DNA from: Octopus vulgaris | Taxonomy: Eukaryota | Assembly: GCA_951406725.2 (NCBI GenBank) | Contig: OX597817.1 | Location: 129,208,001 to 129,272,000, forward strand | DNA length: 64,000 nt | Direction: 5' to 3' | In this document: positions 13,471 to 24,629 of the stretch, piece by piece | Layout: each line of letters opens with the position of its first letter | Position numbering within the stretch: position 1 is the first letter of the stretch | Notes under the pieces: model-generated | What the model saw: the letters and a program-made list of their open reading frames with translations, nothing else | What the model was told of the DNA's origin: nothing | Database searches by the model: none | Made by a program: the position numbers and the translations under genes

Positions 13471-13697
13471 TTATTTGTATTCCTTTTTGTCTGTGTTTTC
13501 CCACCACCACCACCATCACTTGACAACCGATGTTGGTGTGTTTACGTCTCAGTGACCTAGCTGCTCGGTAAAAAGACACCGATAGAATAAGTACTAGGCT
13601 TACAAAGAATAAGTCCTTGGGTTGATTTCTTCGACTGAAAAACCATTTAGGGCGGTGCTGCAGCACGGCCAAGTCAAATGACTGAAACAAGTAAAAT
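13293..13697 (+). mobile_element. tRNA-derived SINE family A (internal microsatellite)
   Basis: Head ggtgcaggcgtggctgtgtggtag, internal (TA)n, tail gtcaaatgactgaaacaagtaaaa. Multi-copy in this window. Confidence 0.9.
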
Positions 13698-14182
13698 AAT
13701 ATATATTTTTATGTGTAACGTAACAGCTTAGAAAAAAGCCATTGTTTTCATATCTAGCGTGAACTAAACATCTCTCCAGTTTCTCTAAACTATAACTGTT
13801 CTCTGAAAAGAATGTTTTTTTTTTAACATAAGAACGTCGATGATAGCTCAAGAAATATTCCTCTTAAAATTTATGGGCGGGCGAGTTATCTTCCTTCGCT
13901 TGATAGTTAGGTTTTCCAAATTTGAAGTAAAAATTTCCGAAAATGTGGACAACTCCCCACGGCTTCCGTCCTGGAGTTCAGGTAGCCTCCTGGTTCATGT
14001 GAGTTCATAAGGATTATATATATTTTTGCCATACACAATTTATATAGTCTTGTTCCATTGCAATGGGATCCACAAATATATTTGTAGAAAAAAGGTATGG
14101 GTAAAAAGTGACAAAAATCTGACGTTTAATTGATTGATTTGTTTATTTACAAACAATTATATATAAAAAAAAATGTGAAATT

Positions 14183-14248
14183 GCGTGGCTTAATGATTAG
14201 GGTATTCGGCTCACGATCGTAAGGTCGCTAGTTCGATTCCCGGCGACC
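14183..14248 (+). mobile_element. SINE family B tRNA-like head only
   Basis: gcgtggcttaatgattaggg...ctcacgatcg...gttcgattccc has A and B boxes and matches the heads at 48446 and 61665. Confidence 0.7.
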
Positions 14249-15148
14249 TTCTCCTAATCAAAAGAGCTCATTTCAGTTTGACAATTTTACAATGGTTTAG
14301 TTCTTATCTCAATAATAAAATATTTAACCTAAAAAGTTAAAAGCCAAACAAAAAGGTGCCCCAGCGTGTTGAAATAAATAAAACAAAAATGTTTGAATAA
14401 TTTGAATCAAATTGGTGTATTTCTTGTTTTTTGCTTCTTTTAGTTACTAATTAATGATTGAATACTAAATTAAACTTACAATTATAATTCTCATAATTAA
14501 TCAACTTTTTAGTTTGAATGATTGTTTGATTGACTAAAATATTGATTGTCTATATCTTGTATTTAGGTAGTTTAAATCAATATTTAGCATCTTCGGTACA
14601 GCAATTAGTGTTTTTTAATTACTACAAGGGACAAAGTTGCAGATTCACCAGTCACCGATTTTTTTTTGATTTTTTAATTTTTTTTTATTTTTGTATGATC
14701 TAACAAACTAGCACTTATTTACAAATTAACTAATATGTTAGCAATCTAACACTGCTTGAAGTCTAGCATCAAGTTGTAAATACGCACCACCTTTCTGGCA
14801 TAAATCTATTTCTTTTAATTTATTCTAGTAATTTTCTCTACAAAGGTGATGGGTGTTCTACAATGAGAGCATGGCCCTACTTTCCGCAGAGTGGATGCAT
14901 CCGCTCTTAGTTACAATTTACGATTTTATCGTGAGCCAGTATAACTAAAGTGCTCTTACATTTCATTTTATATTTATTTAGATTAATACTTCTTCTTATC
15001 TTAATTCAATCATCAAACATGAAAAATAATTGAAAAATTATTTAACAAAAGTATTAAGTAAAATGAAAAAATTTAATCAGGTAAAAATATAAATTATTAA
15101 TTGTCACTATTATTAATCTAATTGCATTGCCTGAAAAAAAGTGGATTT

Positions 15149-15445
15149 CAATGAAAAAATGCAGACGCATGGGGGTTAATATTCTTAAGTTAGTAAACCT
15201 GGAAAAGTATATGACAAATTATTACACCTGGAAAAGTATAGGACAGGCATATCTATACTTAAAACATTACTGCAATATTTTAAGTATAAATTACTGCTAC
15301 AATATTTTTAGTATAAACTATAGCTGCAATACTTTAATATAAATATGCTTGTCCTGTACTTTTCCAGATATAATAACTTTTCCTGTACTTTTCTAGGATT
15401 AATAACTTAAGAAGATTAACTTCCTTGCGTCCGAATTTTTCATTG
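15149..15445. mobile_element. Foldback MITE-like element with ~120-bp inverted arms
   Basis: caatgaaaaaatgcagacgca...ctggaaaagtataggacaggcatat pairs with atatgcttgtcctgtacttttccag...tgcgtccgaatttttcattg. Internal short subrepeats. Confidence 0.75.
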
Positions 15446-15657
15446 TAGTATATAGGTTTTTGTATATGTATGTGTACGTATATATTCATATATATTTCTC
15501 TGATAAATCCGATAACGGAAGAAAGAGCTAAAAATGTAAATAAAATGTAAATAAAAAAAAATAAATATATATATAATCAGCCAGCATTCTCAATACCTTA
15601 TTATTCTAAATATACAATATCTGTATTTCACTTCAAAAACTCTCTCTCTCTCTCTCG

Positions 15658-15688
<31 letters not shown>

Positions 15689-15723
15689 TACATACATACA
15701 TACATATATATGTGAGTGATCAC

Positions 15724-15778
<55 letters not shown>

Positions 15779-18346
15779 GTATATATATGTATATAAATAC
15801 ATATATATACATATATATATACATATATACATACATATATATATATATATACGTGATCACTCACATTTTATTTATAAGCGTAAATGTATATGTATGTGTG
15901 TGTATATGAATATATATATATATACACACACGTACGCACACACATACACACAGATACACAGTTGCACATCATAGGTTAATTTTTCATATATAATAACATA
16001 TGTAGGTTAAGTGTACGACTTATTTCTTTATAAGAGCAGATAATTACCACTTGTCTTAGAGATAGATGATATAGGTTAGCAAATATAGAAGAAAAGCACA
16101 CTACTAAGATTAATTATGTTTATTATTTCAGCTAGTTAAGTGATAATGGAAATTGAATGGCATAGAAACGAGGAGAAGTCTTTAGAACAAAGCAAACCTG
16201 AAAAAGATACATTGTTTAGTAAAATTTAATGCCTCGTTGATTTTCCCATCAGTGGAAAACAAATAGCTACGAAATACTAAGCGATAGAAAATATTAATAG
16301 TCTTATTTATGAGAAGAGAGGGGAAGGTGGGGGAAGGGTGAGGATGAGGGACGGGTGATAGAGTGAGAAAGTGATAAAGAAAGAAAGAGAGAAAGAAAGA
16401 AAGAAAGGAAGAAAGAAGTGGAATACTCCCGATTGGAACTCGTTTGATCAGAAAGAGTTGTCTTCCGTTTTGCGTCTTCTCCAGATGATTATCAATATAG
16501 CGAGATGTGTTTCGTTCTGCATTATCGCTTGACATCTACTACAATAATACTCTTGTATTTTTCTCCGTCACAACAAGTGTATGAGAAAGGAAGGGGTGAT
16601 AGATGAGTAAGCAAGGAAGGAGTGATGGCAAGCTGGTAGTAGGAGAGTTTCAACTCTATGTGAGTATATGTGTGTGTTTGTGTAAAAGGGAGACGTATGA
16701 ATTTGTGTGTGTGTGTGTGTGTGTGTGTGTCAGTGTCTGTACAATGGAAGTGGAATGGTGAGCATTCAACGCTGAAACGAAAAACCAAACAGCGTTTCAA
16801 CTCTGTGTGAGTATATGTGTATATGTGTGTGTGCGTGAAAGTTTGTATGTGTGAAACAGCGTTCTCTCAATAACAAAAGTTGATCGATGTCACATTTCAA
16901 AAGACAACCACTAGATAACATTGACAAGTGTATTAATTTGATTTTCCATCTATATTTATATATAAAATACCACTATTAGCCAGCTAGTATAATAATAATA
17001 GATTGAGTGGCGTTTCGTTCTACGCCTTCTCCATAAATATTGTAAGAAATGCGTGAAACTGTATGTATGGGTGATAGAGTGAAAGAGGAGGATAGAAGGA
17101 GTTAGTGAGAGTGAGAGAGTAAAAGGTGTTTGTTCAATGCCTTTTCCTGATGTATAGGGTTGCGTTTCGTTTTGCGTATTCTCCTGACGAACTGAAACGA
17201 GTGAGTTAGTAAGAGAGGGAGAGACAGACAGTGAGAAAGAAAGGGAAGGAAATTCGCTTCATTATATCTTTTCGAAATGTATAGTAACACGAGAAAGTTC
17301 TTATATTCAAAATAGTATTAATATGTGAGGTATACTTGCCATCTCAATATGGCTAACCACCAAGGGTGGGTGTTACTGTAGCTTGTAGCCCTAGGAGAAC
17401 ATCGTCTCCAGCTGGCTTTAGGCACACTTTCTGTGCCCTTATGGTATTTGCAAAGGGAGGTCACCCCTCCCTCGTCAACCTAAGTGATACGCTCGGACTG
17501 CAGTTTCTCGGTATTGACCTGTTGTCGGCGTACGACAATCACCGGTTTTCGATGAAGGGATGTCCCAATATGAAGTATTAATATGAAGGAGTAAGAATGA
17601 GTAATAAGAATGAGAACATGAGCGGGGAAAGAGAATGAAAGAGAATGAAAGCGAGAGAGAGAGAGAGAGGACAGCGAGCTAGAGTGAGAGAGATACAGCT
17701 ATATATACGTGTGTGTGTATACATATATACACATACGCACACACATATATAAAGAGAGAAAGAGAGATGGTGGGGAGAGAACTAGAGCGAAAGAAATATG
17801 TGTGTGTGTGGAGAAAGAGAGAGAGAGAGAGAGAGAGACAGAGACAGACAGACAGACGGACAGACAAACAGAAAGAGTCGTGTCTTGTTTAGTACCTTTC
17901 CTAGATGTAACGGAATACTTGAGCTCAGGATTAGAATCTGGCGAAAAAAGAAATCATAAACCGACAGTTTAGTTGTTCTAATTGCAGTCGTTATTGTTTA
18001 AACTCAAGTCAAACTTGATTACGCAAACCTATTATCCAAACCAATCCAACCTTGACTCTCCTATCTTTTATTCAAACTATCTAGCCCCCACATTATCTAA
18101 TATATTGCTTTAAAAGTTTGTGGAATATGATTGAAAGGAGATTTGGTTGCTATTACTACCAATTAGAGTTTTTGTTTTTTTAGTAGAGAGTCTCCTTTGT
18201 TAACTCAGCGTCGTTTCAGTTCCCTGAAAGGATATCCGTGAATTAACTAACCGAGTAGATATGGTGTTGGAGTACAAAATTTATACCTGCTTCAATAGAA
18301 GCAACACACTCATATTTGTGTTTTTAATTTTATTTCCTTATCTGTG

Positions 18347-18423
<77 letters not shown>

Positions 18424-18493
18424 TTTCGAGAGACAGTCGGACTGAACAGATTATTCTAAATAATCCTAGTCTCATAACTATTGGTAATATGTA

Positions 18494-19035
18494 CAGGGTG
18501 TTCCGAAAGTCTTGTTACCCACTACTATAATAATAAACTATTGTTTATTATTGTCATTATTATCATTATTTTTTTTTTGTTTTAGTAACATATGTGCCCC
18601 ACTCCACTATGCTATCACTGTCTGGGAATACCCAAATTAAGTCTTTCGGGATAGATGGATAGGGCGAGGATCGCAACAACTATCAGTACTTGTCGATTGG
18701 CCTCCCAGAAGTCCAGACCTCACATCTTGCGATAACGCTCTGTGGGATTATCAAGGAGAGAGTTTCACATAAACGATACCAGAATAGCCATCAGTTGAAG
18801 GACGCCGTTCGGAGAGCCTTTGCAACAATCACCAAAGCACAGCTTCCAGAAATATCACACATGGCATGGCGACGCATAATTTTGTGCCACGAAAATGATG
18901 GCTTTCATACAGACCTTCTCGATGTGTGACAGCGTCAATGAAAGTGAATAAACTAAATCCAGTTTGTGCTTCGGATTACTGCATTACTTGTTCTTCTATT
19001 GTTCTCATTACTTTTTGGTAGAGGAGACCACCCTG
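18494..19035 (+). mobile_element. Internally deleted mariner-like (IS630-Tc1-mariner, DDxD type) transposon
   Basis: TA|cagggtg...caccctg|TA ends. The remnant encodes WPPRSPDLTSCD...GIIKERV...LKDAVRRAF...WRRIILCHENDGFH. Confidence 0.85.
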
Positions 19036-19207
19036 TAGAATATTGACCTACCACGTAGTGCTGTCTTACCCAAATTGTTGTTTATCCCGTCTCTGATTAA
19101 AACTATTAAACAAGAATTAAAGCACTGCATGTCTCGCTACTCTCCAATACTTATTACTCTTTTGATGTGTTATTGTTGTAGTCATCGTCGTCGTTGTTAT
19201 TTTTGTT

Positions 19208-19420
19208 GACGGCAGCAAGCTGGCAGAATCGCTAGCGCGGTAGACAAAATGCTTATCGGCATTTTTCTGACTCTTTGCAATTCTGAGTTCAATTTCCGCT
19301 TAGGTCGAGTTTGATTTTCATCCTTTCGGGGTCGATAAACTAAAGTGCCAAATGAACACTGATATCGAGGTATCGATTTCTTCCCTCTCCACCAAATTAC
19401 TGACCTTGTACTTGCAATTT
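19208..19420 (+). mobile_element. SINE family C
   Basis: ggcagcaagctggcagaatcg head, ttctgagttcaa B-box region, tttcatcctttcggggtcgataaa core. Confidence 0.85.
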
Positions 19421-19745
19421 GGTGGAAGAGGGGTCGGAGATTCAGTCTCCTATCAGTCCCACAATCCAAACGGTAACCCTCCTTTCATAATATATAGCAC
19501 TATCCTCTTGTCTTTTGACAATGAGGATTGAGGATACAACTGAAGTGCAGGAAGTATTTTTAAAATGGACGTATATATCCCTGTGTATATGGAGATATGT
19601 AAAAGTATACACACACACACATATATATATACAAACACATAATCATACATATGCATATGTATATATATATGTGTATACACATATACATATATGTATACAT
19701 ACATAAATAAATATACATATATATATATATGTACATATATAGAAT

Positions 19746-20330
19746 GTGTATGTGTATAATATAGAGGGACAGAAATTCAAGATCAAATCTAATTTTACTT
19801 GTGCCTCTGAAAACATAATTTATGTCATAAAGTGCTCGGGCTGCCACCAAGACTACGTGGGATCCACGGGACTATCACTCAGACGTAGATGCACACTGCA
19901 TCGACAACAGATTGCATTCCCTGAATACAGAATAATACCCTTTAGTGAGCACATTGAGAAATGCGCAAAGCAACTACTACCACAATTTTTAATCTTTCCA
20001 TTCTACCAATGTCCTATCGGAACACCAACACAAATTAGACTAAACAAGGAAACATTCTTCATTGAAAAATACAAGCCCAAACTTAACCATTCCAACATAC
20101 TTATACAAAGAAACTCAGTCCAAAAGAAAGGCAAATAATTTTAAGCGATTGTCTCCCTTACACCGGAAGAAATCACTTATTATCTAGATCTCCGCTCAAC
20201 GTAAACATAACGATTTAAGAAATTTGAAAAGCTGAACGCGAAACCGGTCGTTTCTTCTAAATTATGTCATTGTATGAAAAAAATTTATAACATTCTTCAG
20301 ACAAATTGACTCAAATATATATTTTTTAAC
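19746..20330 (+). mobile_element. 5'-truncated Penelope-like element: GIY-YIG endonuclease and 3' UTR
   Basis: ORF 19746-20138: FTCASENIIYVIKCSGCHQDYVGSTG...R...H...EH...RLNKETFFIEKYKPKLN, the PLE GIY-YIG pattern. Downstream GAAACCGGTC (20240-20249) resembles a hammerhead 3' half. Confidence 0.88.
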
Positions 20331-20371
20331 CTTTTAAAACAAGCCTTCTGTAGTTTTTTCACTTTTTACTA

Positions 20372-20444
<73 letters not shown>

Positions 20445-20792
20445 AATGAGATAGGGGTTGAAAATTCAACCCACCATGGGATAATATATATCCAATATAC
20501 TGCCAGATAGGTACCCAACAAGATTAATACATAGATGTTAAAAATTGTCAAACAATCAGTTCATCAAATGTATTATATGGGTAAAGGTAATAATATTACC
20601 GTAAATTAATACTACAAAATTAGAGAATGGAGAAACATACTTAAATCAATAAAACATCAACTATCCGATGATACCCAATCAATACTTTAATACACCATTA
20701 CATATGAGTAGAGGCATTATACAAAAAGAGATATACATTAATAGTAAAAAGATAAAGAGATATAAGTAAAAAATTTCAAATATGATATGCAA

Positions 20793-20921
20793 TTAATCAA
20801 AACTGACAGCTGTTTCGGCAGTGAGGGCAGTCATACCTCATTTAACCTATAAGCCATAAAGGCAGGTATAAATGAGGCATTAACAAGGATGCCCCACGGC
20901 CTCTTCAGAGAATTAAATTAA
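20793..20921 (-). ncRNA. Type I hammerhead ribozyme (mirror copy)
   Basis: Reverse complement of the motif at 21441-21569. CTGAAGA at 20908-20902; predicted cleavage after C at 20805. Confidence 0.75.
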
Positions 20922-21043
20922 ATTTGTTATAATTGTGAAAAATATTATATAATCATATACATATAAATATAAAAATATAAAAATGTAAAATATAATATAT
21001 TTCGTTCTTGAAAGGATGGACTTTGTGCAAACTTAACTGTATC

Positions 21044-21098
<55 letters not shown>

Positions 21099-21440
21099 AG
21101 TAATTTTTATTAACTTTTATAGCTTTAGAATTTTATGAACTGAACCATGGTTTTAATTATTATTTTTCATCTCCCTATGTGTTAGGTTTTTTAAAAAAAA
21201 AAAAAAAAAAATATTAGCCAAATATGTATAATATCGGTACTTATTAATATTAATATTAATATATACACTGATATATATTTTGTTTTATTTTGTTCTGTTT
21301 ACCTTCCTTTATTGTACCAATGTGTATTATATTATATAAGTGTAGCATTATGATGTATAAGTTTTTTTATATTTTACATTTTTATATTTTTATATTTATA
21401 TGTATATGATTATATAATATTTTTCACAATTATAACAAAT

Positions 21441-21569
21441 TTAATTTAATTCTCTGAAGAGGCCGTGGGGCATCCTTGTTAATGCCTCATTTATACCTGC
21501 CTTTATGGCTTATAGGTTAAATGAGGTATGACTGCCCTCACTGCCGAAACAGCTGTCAGTTTTGATTAA
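21441..21569 (+). ncRNA. Type I hammerhead ribozyme with extended stem II
   Basis: CTGAAGA (21454-21460); stem II GGC/GCC extended by gggca/tgccc and tgcctcattta/taaatgaggta; GAAAC (21546-21550); palindromic stem III ACAGCTGT; GTC cleavage triplet (21555-21557); imperfect stem I. Confidence 0.78.
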
Positions 21570-21750
21570 TTGCATATCATATTTGAAATTTTTTACTTAT
21601 ATCTCTTTATCTTTTTACTATTAATGTATATCTCTTTTTGTATAATGCCTCTACTCATATGTAATGGTGTATTAAAGTATTGATTGGGTATCATCGGATA
21701 GTTGATGTTTTATTGATTTAAGTATGTTTCTCCATTCTCTAATTTTGTAG

Positions 21751-21844
<94 letters not shown>

Positions 21845-21845
<1 letters not shown>

Positions 21846-22776
21846 GGAGATAAATAAAAATATATGCATACATACAAACATATATGTACGTACCTACATC
21901 CACATGTATATATACATGCATATATAAATAATTATACGGGAGTACAGGACATCACAAAAAGACGTAGAAACGGAAAAAGCCCAAAAAACAAAAAACAAGA
22001 AAACGGAAAACGAAGAACAAGAAAACGAAAAACAAATACAGGACGAGCTACACAAGGACAAAACCCCCGTCATCAGCTGTCGCTAGAGGAGTCAGGCATG
22101 TTTCGAAGGCATAACAGAACACTAATCCAATAGGCCTTCCTGCGAGAGAATTAAAATAAAATTTCAAGCAGCGGGGCAAAATGAGTACGAACACAAACAA
22201 GACGTAACAATAAGACTGCAAAATTAAAATACATGTACAAAAACAAACACAAGAGGACGAACGAAAAAGCCTTTTTTCTGGCATAGACAAACGATAAAAC
22301 TGCAAAAATAAAAATACATGTACAAAAAGTACAATTAGTTACAAAACGAGAAAATAACAAGAATACTATACAGGAAATCAACCACACAAGGGGACGAACG
22401 AAGAAGCCTTTTGCTGGCAAGGACGAAAGTGTAGTAGCAGCGCGTGGAGGCAGTCTTTTCAATAGTGGGAACCACGTGTTAAGGAATTTTGTTTTATAGG
22501 CAAGGAAGAGGAAAGGAGGAGGGGGACACGCGGCGAAGAGAGAGGAGGAGTGGGAGGGAGAAAGATTGAAGAGGTTAAAGCAAAGGGAGAGAGTACCGCA
22601 TCTTCAATATAATAATATAAATATAAAAAAAGGGAACCAAGAAGTGGATCGAAACGACGAATCGGAACGAACCTGATGCGGGGCGCTGTCAGACAATAAG
22701 GAGATAAATAAAAATATATGCATACATACAAACATATATGTACGTACCTACATCTACATGTATATATACATGCATA
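21845..22776. repeat. ~780-bp repeat segment bracketed by 78-bp direct repeats
   Basis: 21845-21922 and 22699-22776 (aggagataaataaaaatatatgcatac...catgcata) differ at one position that I can see. The interior has internal duplications and resembles 59050-59380. Confidence 0.8.
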
Positions 22777-23939
22777 CAGGGGTTGGACAAAATAATGGAA
22801 ACACCTTAACATTTCAAACAAATTTATTTTGATATGGGAAAGGACAGCCTTTGGCAGTAATTACAGCTTGACTTCTACGAGGTATGGACTCGTTCAAAGT
22901 TTGAATTGTTTCCAAAGGAATTTTTGTCCATTTTTTAGCTAAAACACTCTCTAGTTCTTGTAGTAATGATGGGGAACGATATCAACTCCTTACATGTTTT
23001 TCCAAAATGCACCATAAATGTTCAATACTATTGCGATCTGAGGACTGTGGTGGCCAGATAAGATGTTCAACTTCACTAGAATGCTCCTTGTACCATTCAC
23101 TAACAACTTTAGCTGTGTGAATTGGTGCATGATCATCCTGAAAGATTGCGTTTCCCTCCGGAAACAGTTTTGCAACTATGGGATGAATTTGATCAGATAA
23201 AATGATCAGAAGGCAGTCTGGGTCAAATGCTTCTTTGGTTGTCTCCACACGTATACTCTGCCGGTGGTCGGAAATAAGGTAAAGGACGATTCGTCCGAGA
23301 AAATAACATTCTTCCACTGCTCTAGGGACCAATTCTGTAGGTTTTTACTCCTTTCTGAATGCTTTGCAACGTTTGGTTTGAAAGTAGTGCTTCTCTGATT
23401 GCAGCCCTCCCGTGAAATCCGGCTTTGTACAACTTCAGGCGAACAGTTTTTGTGGAAACTGGATGCTCGAGGTGGTAATTAAGCTTTGCGGTGATTTTGA
23501 GAGTTGTACTTTCATGATCCTTTCTAACAATTCACTTCAGTGTCCGACGGTTCCTGTCTGAAAGTTTTGGTTTTCTTCTAGAGTTTTGTTTCGACGAGGA
23601 GGTTTTTCCCTCTTTCTCAAAGGCTGTCATTAATTTCGAGACAGTGATTCTTGATACACCAAACATTTCGGCTGTTTCCGTTACACTAGCGACTGCCACA
23701 TGAGCACCAACAATTTGACCTCTTTGAAAGTCTAATAGATCTGTCATTTTAATGAATTTTAATTACCCGTTTCTGATGATATCTGAAAAAAAACCCAGCA
23801 AGTTTAACAAAGCATATTAAGCAACACCAATAATAAATCAAAAACCATAAAAATAAACAAGCTTTTGACGGTTTTATAGTTATTTCAAAATTATGATGCT
23901 ATGATGCTAGGTGTTTCCAACTTTTTTGTCCAACCCCTG
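22777..23939 (-). mobile_element. Tc1-family DNA transposon, decayed transposase
   Basis: TA|caggggttggacaaaa...ttttgtccaacccctg|TA TIRs. Minus-strand remnants MTDLLDFQRGQIVG (HTH), WKNVIFSDES, IFQDDHAPIH and WPPQSSDRNSIEHLW (DD34E type). Frameshifts and an internal deletion. Confidence 0.95.
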
Positions 23940-24152
23940 TATATATAAAGAAGAGCAAAAGGTGGTTATAAGAAATATAAGCGTAAAAACAATGAACGTT
24001 TCTATTTCATAGCGTCAGATATTCTAATGATTTTATTAGCAGTAACTACGAAGTCACTGTCAATAATTTTTGAAATTATATACATTTATACCTGTGTGTG
24101 TGTTTGTGTGTGTGTGTACGCGCGCGTGTGGGTGCATGTGTGTGTGTGATGT

Positions 24153-24200
<48 letters not shown>

Positions 24201-24629
24201 CTGGAGTCGTTTGTTAGTAAAAACAGGCTTAGGCACTATCAATTAAAAGAAATAATACGCACGAAATGTAGAAATGGAATATCATCTTTAATAGGTAAAA
24301 GCTCTTACAAGAAAGGTTAATTGTTTCATTAAAAGAATATGAAAGCGCGAGCTTATTGAAGTTGGTTTCAAATATATCACTATGCGCCACGTGAATAAAC
24401 AAATAGTAATGGTTATCAATTGGGAAACAATTGTTAATGAAATAAAGATAATGGGCGGAGCGTGTGTCAAAAAAAAGGCGCGAAACATACTTAACGAAGA
24501 TAAAATTATACAATGTGCTTGTGTAGAAAGATACATGTGTGTATGTGTGTGCGTGTGTGTATATATGGGTGTTTGTAAATATATTGAGAAAATAAAAAAA
24601 ATGGGAACAAACTCGAATTATTAAATAAT

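Larger units (their letters stand above)
20441..21753. mobile_element. Non-coding PLE-like element: ~170-bp tail plus 387-bp inverted pseudo-LTR arms, flanked by (TA)n
   Basis: 20609-20995 is the reverse complement of 21367-21753 with no net indel; spacer 371 bp. The tail 20441-20608 is shared with 32361-32530. Confidence 0.8.

Noticed and set aside
14183-14248. tRNA gene-like sequence (also at 48446 and 61665)
   Set aside because: A and B boxes are present but there is no complete acceptor stem, and other copies continue into a SINE body. These are SINE heads.
17341-17440. Twister ribozyme on the minus strand
   Set aside because: UAA, a P3-like hairpin and a cuacaagc loop are present, but I could not find consistent P1/P2/T1 partners. 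Kept only as an unclassified structured island.
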